NCBI GenBank assembly: GCA_001179505.1
Contig: CDMY01000243.1
Coordinates: 558,001 to 622,000, forward strand
DNA: 64,000 nt
From: Vitrella brassicaformis CCMP3155
Taxonomy: Eukaryota; Protista; Chromerida
Direction of reading: 5' to 3'
Shown here: positions 49,611 through 62,086 of the stretch, in pieces
Layout of the letters: every line of letters starts with the position of its first letter
Position numbering within the stretch: the first letter of the stretch is position 1
Translations under genes and position numbers: made by a program
The notes under the pieces: model-generated
What the model was told of the DNA's origin: nothing
The model's database searches: none
Seen by the model: the letters and a program-made list of their open reading frames with translations, nothing else

Positions 49611-51132
49611 ATGACGATTCCCTTTGGTCTTCAGCAACGAATCACGTTGATGCCATCTCAGCAGGGCGAGTCGGCAGGAGAGCCGCCATATGTCATTGCC
49701 ATGCGGCTGTCGTGCGACCAATCAACCGCCCTCGCAGCCACGTCAAGCCCAACTCTCGTCCTCTTCTCGCCTCATACGCTCTCCGTCACCGGCCATCTGA
49801 CGGGCCACACCGCGCCTGTCACTGACGCATGCTGCTTCCAGCAGAACGCCTCTTGTGTGGCCTCGGTGGGCAACGATGGCCACGCCCTGATTTTTGACAT
49901 ACGGAGCTCTGCTCAGCCTGCGGTGCGCTTCAAGGTGGCAGCAAAGACCTCCGAGGAGGTCAACAGCTGCACCGTGGGTGGAGGGGATGGGATGCTGGTG
50001 GCGTCGTGCGACAGCAAGGTGGTGGTCTATGACCTACGGGCGGGCAAGAAGCGGACGACGTACGAGTACCACTCTGACGTGGTCAACTGCGTCCGGTTCC
50101 ATCCTTACCACAGCCACTGGCTGCTCTCCGCAGGTGTCTGTCTGACTGTCTGGCTGGCTGGCTGGATCCATCTCTTTGTGTGGGTGGGTGGGTGTGTTCA
50201 GGTGACGACACGAACATCTGTTTCTGCGACACCCAGCAGGACAACACGAGCCAGGAGGGAGGGCCTGAAGACGAAGACTCAGCCATGTTCGGAGAAGAGT
50301 TCCTGCAGGTCGGCTCAGCGTACACCAACACGTGCCGACAGTCGGCAGACTGGCAGCCTGCCTGTTCGTGGTTTCCTGTCCTCCTCAGGTGCTTCCCAAC
50401 GAGCTGAATGTTGCGTCGTTCAACCTGATCGGCAAAGAGGCCTCCCTCCTGTGTGCGGTGTCGACTACCAATGACGTGTCAATATTCGACCTGGACACGT
50501 GCAGCCGCCTGGCGCACTTCCAGTCGATAAGGGAGCATCCCCTGCTGCAGTATGAAGACTCAGGGGGCTACGTGGTCGACACCATGTGGGACGAAGTGAC
50601 AGAGAGGCTGTTCATTCTGGCCGGTGGGCGGACACGCACGAGAGATCGAGGGAGAACGGCACATGCGGGCCGGTGTCCTTTTTGTAGGGTCGTCTCTGGG
50701 TCACTTGTTGCTGTTCCATGCCAACCTGACGACATCAACGCCGGCAGCGACGTTCGTCAACAGAGAGACCCAGGGGACGGGCCATCGAGCGGTCGTCAGG
50801 TATCCACAGGCTTCACACCAACACCATAGCAGGCTGTCGATTTGCCCGTCCTGTGTTGTTTGTAGGTGTGCGTTGTCGATACCCACCAGTGGCTCTGAGG
50901 CTGCCCGTCTGCTCACTGCTGGGGAGGACGGCCTCGTCTGCCAGTGGGCGCAGGTGCAACAAGCACCTATCGTCGAGCTCGATGCACATGTCATCCTCGT
51001 GTCTGTGTTGCGATGCAGGATTCGGTTGAGGGCGGTGCGTCATGGTTCAAGTTGCACAATCACAAGGTGCCGAAACCGGGGACGAGCGAGAAGGGGGAGG
51101 CGCGCAGACAGCGACGGGCAGCGCCCTACTAG
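49611..51132 (+). CDS. WDR89: WD40-repeat protein, WDR89-like
   Basis: GHTAPVTD, FDIRS, YDLRAG, HSDVVNCVRFHP...LLSAGDD, GHRAVVR and LLTAGEDGLVCQW. Stop at 51130-51132. Confidence 0.8.
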
Positions 51133-52344
51133 CCTTGTTCTGTCCGGCTGATCGAACACTGGATGTGTACACATTGACATCAATACTGATACGTCGGTGC
51201 TAACAGTCCTCTCACACACGCGTTCGCATCATGAAAGAGAGGCTTTCTACGCACAATGGTGACCACCCGCTCGCCACTGCGCCGCTCCACTCTGACATGG
51301 GAAGTGAAACGACACACGTACAGTGGGAGAAAGGTCCTTCAAGATATAAAATGTAGGCAGCGATACAGGCAGCCTGTTGTGCATCCACACCCACACCCAG
51401 CACCCACATCTCCACGATTACAAAAACCGATCGGCACGAGTCAGTCAGTCAATCAGAGTCAGTCGTCTCGTCCATGGAAACATCCGCTGCTCTGCTCACC
51501 CACACAACGACATCCATCGATCAGCCATCAACACACAACACAGCCGCCCAGCCACCCAGGCCCTGACCAACACCATCCATCCATCCACCCACCACCAGCC
51601 GACCTCCCGCCCCCGACAAGCACCACCACCACCCGATTTTTCCGGTGCTTGGTCTACGACAATGTAGACAGACGGGGTAGACAGCGACACACCGCACCCA
51701 CGCACACCGACAGAACGTAATCAACACAAACGGAAAGGGAGTGTCCACACCACCATACGGAAGGACAAAAGGAATGGGACAGAGGAGACTCAAAAGGACG
51801 TACATCCATACCATGGACAAAAACAAGAAACAGCCATCCTCCCCCGTCTGTCTACATATGGGCCCGCGGGGGCCTCTTCTCCTGGTGGTGGTGGGTAATG
51901 GGTGGTAGGTGGGGTGCTTCTGCGTGGCCGATGGCCTCCAGGAGGTCACTGTTGCCGGTGATGGGTGCTGGTGGTTGTGCCTGGCCTGCAGCAGCAGCAG
52001 CAGCTTGGATGGGGGAGGGAATGGGGCCAGGCAGCGAAGAGATCTGCACACGCGGCACGGCACGGTACGCACAGAATGAGCAGGGCATTGTCAGTCAGTG
52101 GGTGTGGTGCCTCTACCTTGCTGGGCTGTGGTGCGGCTTGGGGTCTCATTCACGCTCGACGAGTTAGTTACAGTAGTAGAAGAAGGGTTGGTTGAGTGGG
52201 GCGGATGGTGAGCGCCTCCGCAGCGGCACACCTGAACGCATCACACCACAACAGGCACACAGCCACCATGGATGAGGTGCCCAGGGTTTCCAGTCTATGG
52301 CCCCCACCCATTCACTCACCGTAGCTGATGATGAGGGAATCCAA

Positions 52345-54745
52345 ACAGATGGCTGCTGGCCATCGTGTGTGTGTACCTAGGTCTTCTCACAAACAGCCTG
52401 CAGTGGGGAGACCCGACCCACCCACAATGCCCTTATGTGGTGCGAAGGGATCACTCAGCGAGGTCGACACAGCCCGCCGACTCGCCGATTGGCCGTCGTG
52501 ATGCAGACTTCGCAGTTGGCTGTGCTGTTGGGCTGCACCTCGAACAGAGACCGGCCGTCCTGGAACGACAGAGCCCTCTCACACGGGGCCAAACCGACAA
52601 AGCCACCTGCACACATTCAGCCATGGACAGAGCTGCACCAGTGTGTGCGTGTGTGTGCGTGTGTGTGTGTGTGTGTGGTCTGTGCCACCGACCCTGTTGG
52701 TGCTTGTTGTCCGTTAGGGTTGAAGCGGAAGAGCTCCCGCCCATCGCCACTGGCGGCCGCCTCGAGAGACGAAGTTAGCGTCACTCTCGCGCCAGCCGTG
52801 TGGACGCGGCCGTGCTAGACCTGCAGGCACTGGTCCTCGCCGATGGATGTGATGCCGCTGATGAGTGTGACTGTCGGGAGGCCATAGCCGATCAGGCGGA
52901 CTGTGTTGATGCCGTACAAGTCGTGGTCGTGCCGACCCATCACCACCTGCATGGCCTTGACGCGCCTCGGTGCGTCGAACAACAGATCCTGACATACCAC
53001 ACAAGACACAACACGACACACATGTCTCAACCGGCCTCTCCGTCTCTCACTCATTGGCTGCTTGCCTGCCTGGTCGAATGATCCCTCGGTCCGTTCCCAC
53101 GTGCGCATGGGCAGCGCTATCTCGTACTCGCAGGTCGCCGGTCTCTCTGTGCGGCGTGGGGTCTTGTCCTCTCTCATTGGCGGCGGCAAACACGCGTCAG
53201 CCCAGCACTCAGGCGGATCCCGCCCGGTAGCTGACAATCGACACGGCATCGAACGCACCTGGTAGACCCGCCCGATGACGGCCATGGTGTCGGGCGAAAG
53301 GATGGGGAAGTCCTCCACCCACTGAGTTGCTGATACCCAGACCCACCTCGCCGTGACTGTTGACCGTCACGTGGGAGTCCAAGCGGCCGGGGCTGGGCGG
53401 GGCTGACGCACCTGCCTTGGCGACTCAGTGCTGTGGAGAGACGGCCACGTCGAGAGGTCTTGACGGCGCACTTGCCCTCGAAGGTGAAGTACTCCAGCCG
53501 CAAACCCAGCATTTGGTCAGCCTGGACCCAAGACCGTCTTGACGCCAATCCTGAGTGAGCGAGCAACGGACAACGCGCACACATATCCACACACACATAT
53601 ACAGACAGACATGGGTTGGATGCGTGGCTCTTTGCACTGCTCTGCACGTGTTGTGTTGTGTTGTGTTGTGTTGTGTTGTGTGTGGGTCCCCGGGGGTTTG
53701 GACGCTTACTCTTGAATGTATCTGGTCAGTAGCTTCCACACACCCATGGCTTTGTCGATGGAATGGACGCCATTTCCAGCTCATGGTTCTCACGGATCTT
53801 ATCCACACCAACGATGCAGCCGCTGCTGCGACGCCCACCACCTCTACCTCCTGCCCGCACTCTCGAGGGGCGCAGTAGGTCTGCACTGATGCCGCTGGTC
53901 GGAGGCCGAATGGTGCGCCGAGAGAGGGGAGGAGGTAGGGGGGCTGCTGAGTGTCTCCCTTGGTGGTAGAGCTGGCCTTGGTGTGTGGGCTGCTGCGACA
54001 TGGCACGCGGCTCGGCATCTGCAGCGCGGAGACGGCACTCCTGCGGCCTGACACGAACCCACGACCACCTGCGACAGCCATGAGAACATGACAAGAAATG
54101 AGAGATGACCTCCGCCGTGTGTATGTGTGTATGTGTGGGTGGTCAGGTAAGGTACCTCTGTTCGATACTATGACGGCCCTCATCTCCCATCCAGATCAAC
54201 ACGCCGGACGTTGGGCTTCTCCCCGTCATCCACACCCACACCCACAGCAACACCAACCTGGCCCTCGTCTCCATCCAGAACCAAGACCCCCAGCCATTCG
54301 CCCACCACCCACCGTACACAGCAGGCAGCCCTCCATTAGTCATGAGCCCGCACATCCGCCCACTCACTCATAATTGCACCTCACGCCAGATCAGAGAGAC
54401 AGAATAGCCTTGGCAGCCTTATCAGAAAGACAGATCAGAGAGACAGAGAGAAAGAGAGACAGATCAGAGAGACAGAATGGTCGTGCAGTTGTGGCGGCAC
54501 AGAACAGCAAATTCTGATACACAAATGGATGGAGACATGGATGGCATGTGCGGCATGTAGTCTGTGTATTATGCTGACGTACCGAGTGCGGGGTATTCCC
54601 ATTCGATGATGATCCTGTCAAGCCTCGCCGGCTCCCCCAGGTCGATGTCGAATGTGACATGGGTGGGGGGCACGGGCGGCCCGCTCTCGTCAACAATGGG
54701 CAACACGGATTGATGAAAGGACCGACATGACGGCAAGGCGTCCCC
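52345..54745 (-). pseudogene. Degenerate discoidin/F5-8 type C (galactose-binding-like) gene with beta-trefoil-like linker repeats
   Basis: Exon remnants VTFDIDLGEPARLDRIIIEWEYPAL (54745-54583), DLLFDAPRRVKAMQVVM...GINTVRLIG...ISGITSIGEDQCLQV*, LEAAASGDGRELFRFNPNGQ and LAPCERALSFQDGRSLFEVQPNSQL. In-frame TAG at 52815-52817 and several frame breaks. Confidence 0.55.
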
Positions 54746-55240
54746 AACTGCACCAAACACATTTGCACACACAGAGGATTGGACACAGAGATGACCATTT
54801 TCTACATCAGACGGCAAATTACCTGGGCCGCTCCCATTTCTTGACGCGGGCGCGCAGAAAATGAGAGTAAAAGACCTCGAGATATAAAATGCAGACAGCA
54901 ATTAGGCCACCAGGCCCTATCGACAGAAACAAAGAGACATTTGATATGAGGCCAAGGTAATGTCCCTTCTGTCTCATGTGCTTACCGCCTTTCGGTGGCC
55001 ATGAGAGGGACTTGTGGCAGCTTGCGGTCACCAGCCTGACCCACACCCACAGAAACACCAACCTGACTCTCGTCTCCATCCAGAACAAGACCCCCAGCCA
55101 TCCGCCCACCACCCACCGTGCACAGCAGGCAGCCTTCCATTAGTCATGAGCCCGCACATCCGCCCACTCACTCATAATTGCACCCCACGCCGTATCAGAG
55201 AAGAGACAGAATGGCTCGTGGCGACAGTATCAGAGAAGCT

Positions 55241-57215
55241 TTATGCATCCCCCATCGGATATATGACCCCCGCCCACTCCTTCACCAGCAGCACCAGCAC
55301 CTTCACCGCCGCCTCCGCCGACTCGGTCGTCCGCCGCTCGGCCCGCTCGTTCATCACCAGCTCCGCCACCACGATGGCCGCTGCGTCAGTCAGGCTGAAG
55401 CGCTCCGGCCTCTTCTGGAGCTCCAGCAAGCGCCTGACGACACCCTCGACGTCCACGGCCTGCTGAGGTGGTGGTGCGAGGGAGGGGCGTCTTGGGTCTG
55501 TGGGGCTGTTGGGTCGGTGGGAGGGGGGAAGACCTGTTGGCGTCTTTCTTCGCGGATTTTGTGCAGACGGTTGATCTCCCGCCTGAGGTCAGCCAGCCGC
55601 TTATCCAGCAGCTGCAACTCGTCAATGCCCTCGTCACGCTTCTTCTCAGTGGCCCACACGGCGCGCCTCTGCCACTCGTCCGGGGGGATGGGGATGATGT
55701 TGGGATTCTCCGCCGTCTGCTGTTGGGTGCCGATGATGGCCTCGTCAAACGTGACGGCTGGCAGGTCCCTCTTGACGTCTGGCAGGATCTGGTGGGGGTA
55801 CAGAAATGACAGAGCCATGCCGCCCACCGTCCACAGGTCGACGTCGGGCTGCCAGCCGGGGTAGCCCCAGTGTTTCTGCGCCCACTCGCCGACTGCCGTG
55901 GGATTGGTGGGGGGGCCGTTGGGTGTGCTCGAGGGGTCGATGACGGCCTTGATGTGGGGCGGGGCGGAGGTGAGTGTGTTCATGATGTGTGTCTCGTACG
56001 GCACCGCCAGCGTCTTGCCCCCCCTCGTCACCAGACTGCCCCTCTCCTGCCCAGCGGCGTCGATAAAGGTGGGCACCGGCACCACCACCTGCCGACTGCC
56101 CCCGCGCACCACCGACGCGTTGACCTTGACGAATCCGACGAGGATATTGTCGAAAGTCGCGTCGGTGGCGACGTAGGTGGAGCAGATCGGCAGCTCCTCG
56201 GCCGTCTGGACCGCGCTGGTGCTGGAGGTCATGCTGCCGACGGCCTTGGCAACACTAAACACAGGCACCTGAACCACACAAACACACACACATACAAACA
56301 CAATACACCCATGGGTGAGCTCACTCTTTACGCCAATCCGACTGTCTGTCTCACCTTGTGGATTTGCCCTGTCTGTCTGTCTGTCTGTCTGTCTGTGTCT
56401 CTCACCTTATGCATTGCGTTGGTCTTCATCAGCAGGTCTATGACGCCGAAAACGGCACCCACCTGCTTCTTCCCCATCTTCTTCATTATGGTCTTCCTGA
56501 TCTCCTTGCCGTTGGCCATCTGGATGCCCGCCTCCTGCGCCGCTGTCGGCTGAGCTCCGCTGTCCAGCAGACGCAGCGCCGACACCTCGCCAGGCGGATA
56601 CAGCTGGACCCGCAGCGCAAGAAAGCTGCCGAGGGGCTGGCGTCGGGCGTCGTACTGGCCGTCGATGTTGCCAACGACAGCGACGCCGTCCTGGCCGGGC
56701 TGCTGCTTGGGCGGCGCCTCCCCCTCCCCACTCGCAATGTACAGCGAGTAGATCGGTCCCCCCATGGTGTAGAGCCCCTGCGCCTGCCGATACTCGCCCG
56801 CGAAGGCCTCCTCTAGGGCCTCGCGGACGGCGGACGGCACCGCGCCCTTCTTGCGGGCGAGCTCGGGGAGGGCAGGGGGCGGCTGGGCGGTGGGGGGACG
56901 GCTCTTCTCCGGATGCTGAGTGGTCAGCAGGTATAGGAATGCGGGCTCGACACTCCTGGACAACCTGCAACCAAACGAGCAATCCACACAGTGAGTTACA
57001 GGGCAGACCGAATGAGATGTGCAGGACGATGTGGCACTCTCTGTGTGTGGCATTACATACCTGCTGTGGTCGTCCTGGTCGCCTCGAGGGGCCGACGCGC
57101 CCTCCCCACGACAGCTATCAGGTGCCTCCTCGGCAGGGCCAGGGGGACTCTCAAAACACGGGGCAGCGGCTACATTCTCGGCCTCCGTCTCCTCCTCTCT
57201 GCCGGGGAGTAATTC
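55241..57215 (-). pseudogene. Most complete copy of a divergent protein-kinase-like (probable pseudokinase) gene, with a 1-nt frameshift near the 3' end
   Basis: Exons ~57215-57060, ~56965-56406 and 56268-55390 splice in frame. Motif order is GLYTMGGPIY, FLALRV, VATDATFDNILV, TFIDAAG, TLAVPYE, DVDLWTVGG. Frameshift at ~55465 relative to the 57.8 kb copy. Confidence 0.55.
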
Positions 57216-57632
57216 TGAATGAGTCACGCACACATCACAAAACAGACAGACGAACAGGCAGGACGATTTGATGAGCGCTTCTTCATTTGGTCGGTCGGCA
57301 GGCATGTGGTTCGCTTACAGTTGTCGGGTTTCTGATCTGTGTTGAGGTTGCCGACCTTGTGCAACTCCTCGACGCTAGAAATGAAAGTACAAGACCTCGA
57401 GATATAAAATGCAGGCAGCAATAAGGCCACCAGGCCCTATCGACAGAAACAAAGAGACACATGATATGAGGCCAAGGTAATGTCCCTTCTGTCTCATGTG
57501 CTTACCGCGCCCGCCGGGGAAATGGAGGAGGGGGGATCCATCCACCACACCCAGCACCCAGCAGCACACCACATGGGCTCGGGGGCCAGGATAAACAACC
57601 CGAACCCCAAGGCCATTGCTTCAACAGCAGCA

Positions 57633-58620
57633 CTAGCACCTTGACCGCCGCCGCCGCCGACTCGGTCGTTGCCGCTCGGCCCGCTCGTGCATCACCAGCT
57701 CCGCCACCACGATGGCCGCCGCGTCAGTCAGGCTGAAGCTCCCCGACTTCTTCTGGAGCTCCAGCAACGGCGTGACGACACCCTCGACGTCCACGGCCTG
57801 CTGGGGGTGGTGGTGCGAGGGAGGGGCGTCTTGGGTCTGTGGGGCTGTTGGGCTGATGGGAGGGGGGGAGACGTGTTGGTGTCTGTCGGGATTGATTTCG
57901 TGCAGATGGTTGATCGACCGCCTTAGGGTATCCAGCCGCCTATCCAGCAGCTGCAACTCGTCGATGCCCTCCTCGTCAGGCTTCCTTTCGGTGGCCCACA
58001 CGGCGCGCCTCTGCCACTGGTCCGGGGGGATGGGGATGATGTTGGGGTGCTCCGCCGTCTGCTGTTGGGTGCCGATGACGGCCTCGTCAAACGTGACGGC
58101 TGGCAGGTCCCTCTTGACGTCGGGCAGGATCTGGTGGGGGTACAGAAATGACAGAGCCGTGCCGCCCACCGTCCACAGGTCGACGTCGGGCTGCCAGCCG
58201 GGGTAGCCCCAGTGTTTCTGCGCCCACTCGCCGACTGCCGTGGGAGTGGTGGGGGGGCCGTTGGGTGTGCTCGAGGGGTCGATGACGGCCTTGATGTGGG
58301 GCGGGGCGGAGGTGAGTGTGTTCATGATGTGTGTCTCGTACGGCACCGCCAGCGTGTTGCCCCCCCTCGTCACCAGACTGCCCCTCTCCTGCCCAGCGGC
58401 GTCGATCACGCCATCTTGACCCTGCTGCTGATTGAGCACTGCAGGGGACACCACAGCACACACAAAATGTACCGCAGAGCTGAACATTGACCTCAACAGG
58501 CCTATAGTTCTTCCCTACCTTTCTGATACGGCTCGAAACACTTTTGGCACTTCAGCTGCGCGCCGTTATCAAATGAGAAGTCGACAAATATAAAATGTAG
58601 GCAGAGATCGGACCTGCACA
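57633..58620 (-). pseudogene. Second, partial copy (C-lobe) of the kinase-like gene
   Basis: Near-identical to 55400-56060 from IDAAGQERG onward; different upstream exon (FVDFSFDN); own frameshift at ~57670. Confidence 0.6.
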
Positions 58621-58689
58621 TCGACACAAAGAGACACGATCAGAGTGGTCGCTGCGCTGATGTCTCAGTTTGTTTCCTCACGCACACAT

Positions 58690-59590
58690 TCGTCCGCCCC
58701 GCGTCACCAAACTGCCCCTCTCCTGCCCGGCGGCATCGACAAAGGTGGGCACCGGCACCACCACCTGCCGACTGCCCCCGCGCACCACCGACGCGTTGAC
58801 CTTGACAAATCCGACGAGGATATTGTCGGTGCCACGCTCATGCACCCCGTCAACCACCACGTGCGTCTAGCGGCTGTGGTCGTCGCCCGTCGCCGAGGCA
58901 CTCGCACTTCCCTGGCTCTCCTTCATCGCACCCACGATGCGGCGCAACAAGATGCCTGCATGCAGATCCAGAAGCAACACGCAGTGGTGTGTGTCGGTGC
59001 GGGAGTGAGTGAGTGAGTGAGTGTGGCCCATTCCCTTTGCCTACCGCTGGTGCAGAAGAGGATTTTGGTGTGTTTTGATGCGTTGATGTTTTCCTGTCCG
59101 ATCTGCCACCCCACCAGGCCGCCCACCTGGTGCTGGCCGTCCTTGGACAAACCCCGCGTCATGCACTCGTACGCGACACGCCTGACATACACATGGATGG
59201 ATGCTGGCTTTTGCTCGTGTCTTGTGTGTGTGTCGGTGTGGGTGCGCACTTTGCGACGCTTGTGGCTGCGAGTCGGCGTGGCTGCGACACGATAATGCGG
59301 ACGTCACGGCTCGTCTGCAGGGCCTCACGCAAAATGAACTGGGGAAGCTGCACACACTCACACAGGGAGGGAGGGAGGGAGAGGAGAGACGGACCAATAC
59401 AGTGGGTTGGTGTTTGTGTTGTGGGTTTGGGTGTGGTTGACGGACCTGTGTGGTTTTGCCGCTGCCAGTGGCGCCGTGCAGGACGATGCACTGGTGGTCT
59501 CGCAGTGCATCGATGAACGTCTCGTGGTGCGCGTGGACCGGCAGAATGGGAAGCCCAAACTCGCTGTGACACAACGCACACGACACACCA
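58690..59590 (-). pseudogene. DExH (DHX/HrpA-type) RNA helicase N-terminal fragment fused to a kinase-like exon
   Basis: LPILPVH...VLHGATGSGKTTQ, LPQFIL...SQPRRLAATSVAK, ILFCTSGILLRR, R*THVVVDGVHER, then GTDNILVGFVK. Contains a nonsense codon and a degenerate motif II. Confidence 0.8.
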
Positions 59591-59652
59591 CACATACCAC
59601 ATCACATCCGTCCACCCTGTCCGTCAGTCCGATGGCATTGCGTCGTGATGGC

Positions 59653-59952
59653 NNNNNNNNNNNNNNNNNNNNNNNNNNNNNNNNNNNNNNNNNNNNNNNN
59701 NNNNNNNNNNNNNNNNNNNNNNNNNNNNNNNNNNNNNNNNNNNNNNNNNNNNNNNNNNNNNNNNNNNNNNNNNNNNNNNNNNNNNNNNNNNNNNNNNNNN
59801 NNNNNNNNNNNNNNNNNNNNNNNNNNNNNNNNNNNNNNNNNNNNNNNNNNNNNNNNNNNNNNNNNNNNNNNNNNNNNNNNNNNNNNNNNNNNNNNNNNNN
59901 NNNNNNNNNNNNNNNNNNNNNNNNNNNNNNNNNNNNNNNNNNNNNNNNNNNN
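59653..59952. other. Assembly gap of 300 N
   Basis: Run of N. Confidence 1.
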
Positions 59953-60757
59953 CGTCAACCACCACGTGCGTCCAGCGCCTGAAATCGTCGCCCGTCGCCG
60001 AGGCACTCGCACTTCCCTGGCTCTCCTTCATCGCACCCACGATGCGGCGCAACAAGATGCCTGCATGCAGATCCAGAAGCAACACGCAGTGGTGTGTGTC
60101 GGTGCGGGAGTGAGTGAGTGAGTGAGTGTGGCCCATTCCCTTTACCTACCGCTGGTGCAGAAGAGGATTTTGGTGTGTTTTGATGCGTTGATGTTTTCCT
60201 GTCCGATCTGCCACCCCACCAGGCCGCCCACCTGGTGCTGGCCGTCCTTGGACAAACCCCGCGTCATGCACTCGTACGCGACACGCCTGACATACACATG
60301 GATGGATGCTGGCTTTTGCTCGTGTCTTGTGTGTGTGTCGGTGTGGGTGCGCACTTTGCGACGCTTGTGGCTGCGAGTCGGCGTGGCTGCGACACGATAA
60401 TGCGGACGTCACGGCTCGTCTGCAGGGCCTCACGCAAAATGAACTGGGGAAGCTGCACACACTCACACAGGGAGGGAGGGAGGGAGAGGAGAGACGGACC
60501 AATACAGTGGGTTGGTGTTTGTGTTGTGGGTTTGGGTGTGGTTGACGGACCTGTGTGGTTTTGCCGCTGCCAGTGGCGCCGTGCAGGACGATGCACTGGT
60601 GGTCTCGCAGTGCATCGATGAACGTCTCGTGGTGCGCGTGGACCGGCAGAATGGGAAGCCCAAACTCGCTGTGACACAACGCACACGACACACCACACAT
60701 ACCACATCACATCCGTCCACCCTGTCCGTCAGTCCGATGGCATTGCGTCGTGATGGC
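59953..60757 (-). repeat. Near-identical direct repeat of 58848-59652 (offset 1105 bp) carrying the second DExH helicase fragment
   Basis: Same sequence with a few substitutions, e.g. RRWTHVVVD (TGG) here versus R*THVVVD (TAG) in the first copy. Confidence 0.9.
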
Positions 60758-61975
60758 CTTCTGCACCAGCGGCCATCCTCGTGAGACCGATGAGAATGTT
60801 GTCATACGTGGCGTCGGTGGCCACATACGTCGAAGTCGGCGGCAGGGACTCGGTTGTTTGGACGGCGCTGGTTCCTGACTGCATGGCCTTGAGGGCGTCG
60901 GCTGCGTTAAACATTCTCACCTGAACAACACAACCACTCACACACAAGTGCACCATGTCGATCTGTTTCGTGTCTCACCTTATGCATCGCTGAAAGGGCT
61001 TAGAAGCCAGGATACAGGCGCACCTGCACCAAACACACACAGACAGATCACAAAACTCACTATCACAAAAGTCATTCGCCGCTCCTGCTCCTGCCTTACA
61101 GAATGGATGTCGTTGACTGGACAGTGCAGAAGCATGAGAACAGAGATTCTTCGGGATATAAAATGTAGGCAACGATACATCTGCAGCAGACACAGAAACA
61201 TCCGCACTCATTGCCGACTTTTTCCATTCGTTCTGCTTCATTTACCCTCTTCCTTTCCACCTCCTTGGCGCCGTTCATGACCGATCAGGTTGGCGGGGCA
61301 ACTTGAGAAACGACAACAACAGGCGATCAGCCGGACAGCCTGACAGACACAAGGGTATATCCACCACTCGTGTACTCACACACACATGGATGGACTGATG
61401 TGCATTCGCTTACATTCACCCCCTCCCTGCTGCATCTGCTGCCGCGGAACCTCCTCGCCCTCGCCACTCGCGACGAACAGCGAATAGATGGGCCCGCCCT
61501 GCGTCAGCAGCCCCTCTGCCCCACCATACCCGCCGCCGAATGCCTGCTCGATGGCCGGCCTCAGCAGGGGCGGCACCACGCCCTTCTTGATGGTGATCTC
61601 GGGCGGCGGCGGTGGGTTCTTGGGGGCAGCATGGTGCCGTGACAGCAAATACAACATGGTGGGCTCCAGACGGCTCTCGGGCGCGTCAATGACCTTGCGG
61701 ACGACGGGCAAGGTGAGCGGCCCATTCTGCAACACCGGGAAGGTCACCGTGGGCCGCTTGCTGGCGATGCCACGGGGTTCGTCGTCCTTGCCGTCCAGCG
61801 TCCACCGAGCCGCACCGGTGGAGAGCGGCACTACTGTGGGTGGTGGTGTTGGTGGTCCTGCTGGTGCTGTTGGCGGGGCGGGGGCGTGTGCGCCCTCACT
61901 GGCCTCCTGGCACAGCGGTGCTGCTGCTGCAAGTGGGCTGGTGGGTGCGGCATGGTGGCATGACGACCTGAGGAC
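60738..61975 (-). pseudogene. Diverged, internally deleted copy of the kinase-like gene (N-lobe exon plus catalytic-loop exon)
   Basis: SRLEPTMLYLL...LLTQGGPIYSLFVASGEGE (61970-61430); remnant VRLYPGF*ALSAMHK (~61025-60980); TYVATDATYDNILIG (60920-60740). Confidence 0.55.
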
Positions 61976-62054
61976 AAAGGGAAACGACAAACAGACACAC
62001 AGTGAGAGCGCTGCTTCACTAAAGGGGAGACTCTCTCCCTCTCCCTCCCTCTCC

Positions 62055-62086
<32 letters not shown>

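Noticed and set aside
59407-60136. ORFs containing poly-X
   Set aside because: Artefacts of the N gap
58690-60700. Functional DEAH helicase, or Helitron helicase
   Set aside because: Only motifs I-II are present, motif II is degenerate (DGVH), one copy has a stop, and it is an SF2 DExH fragment rather than a PIF1-like Helitron helicase
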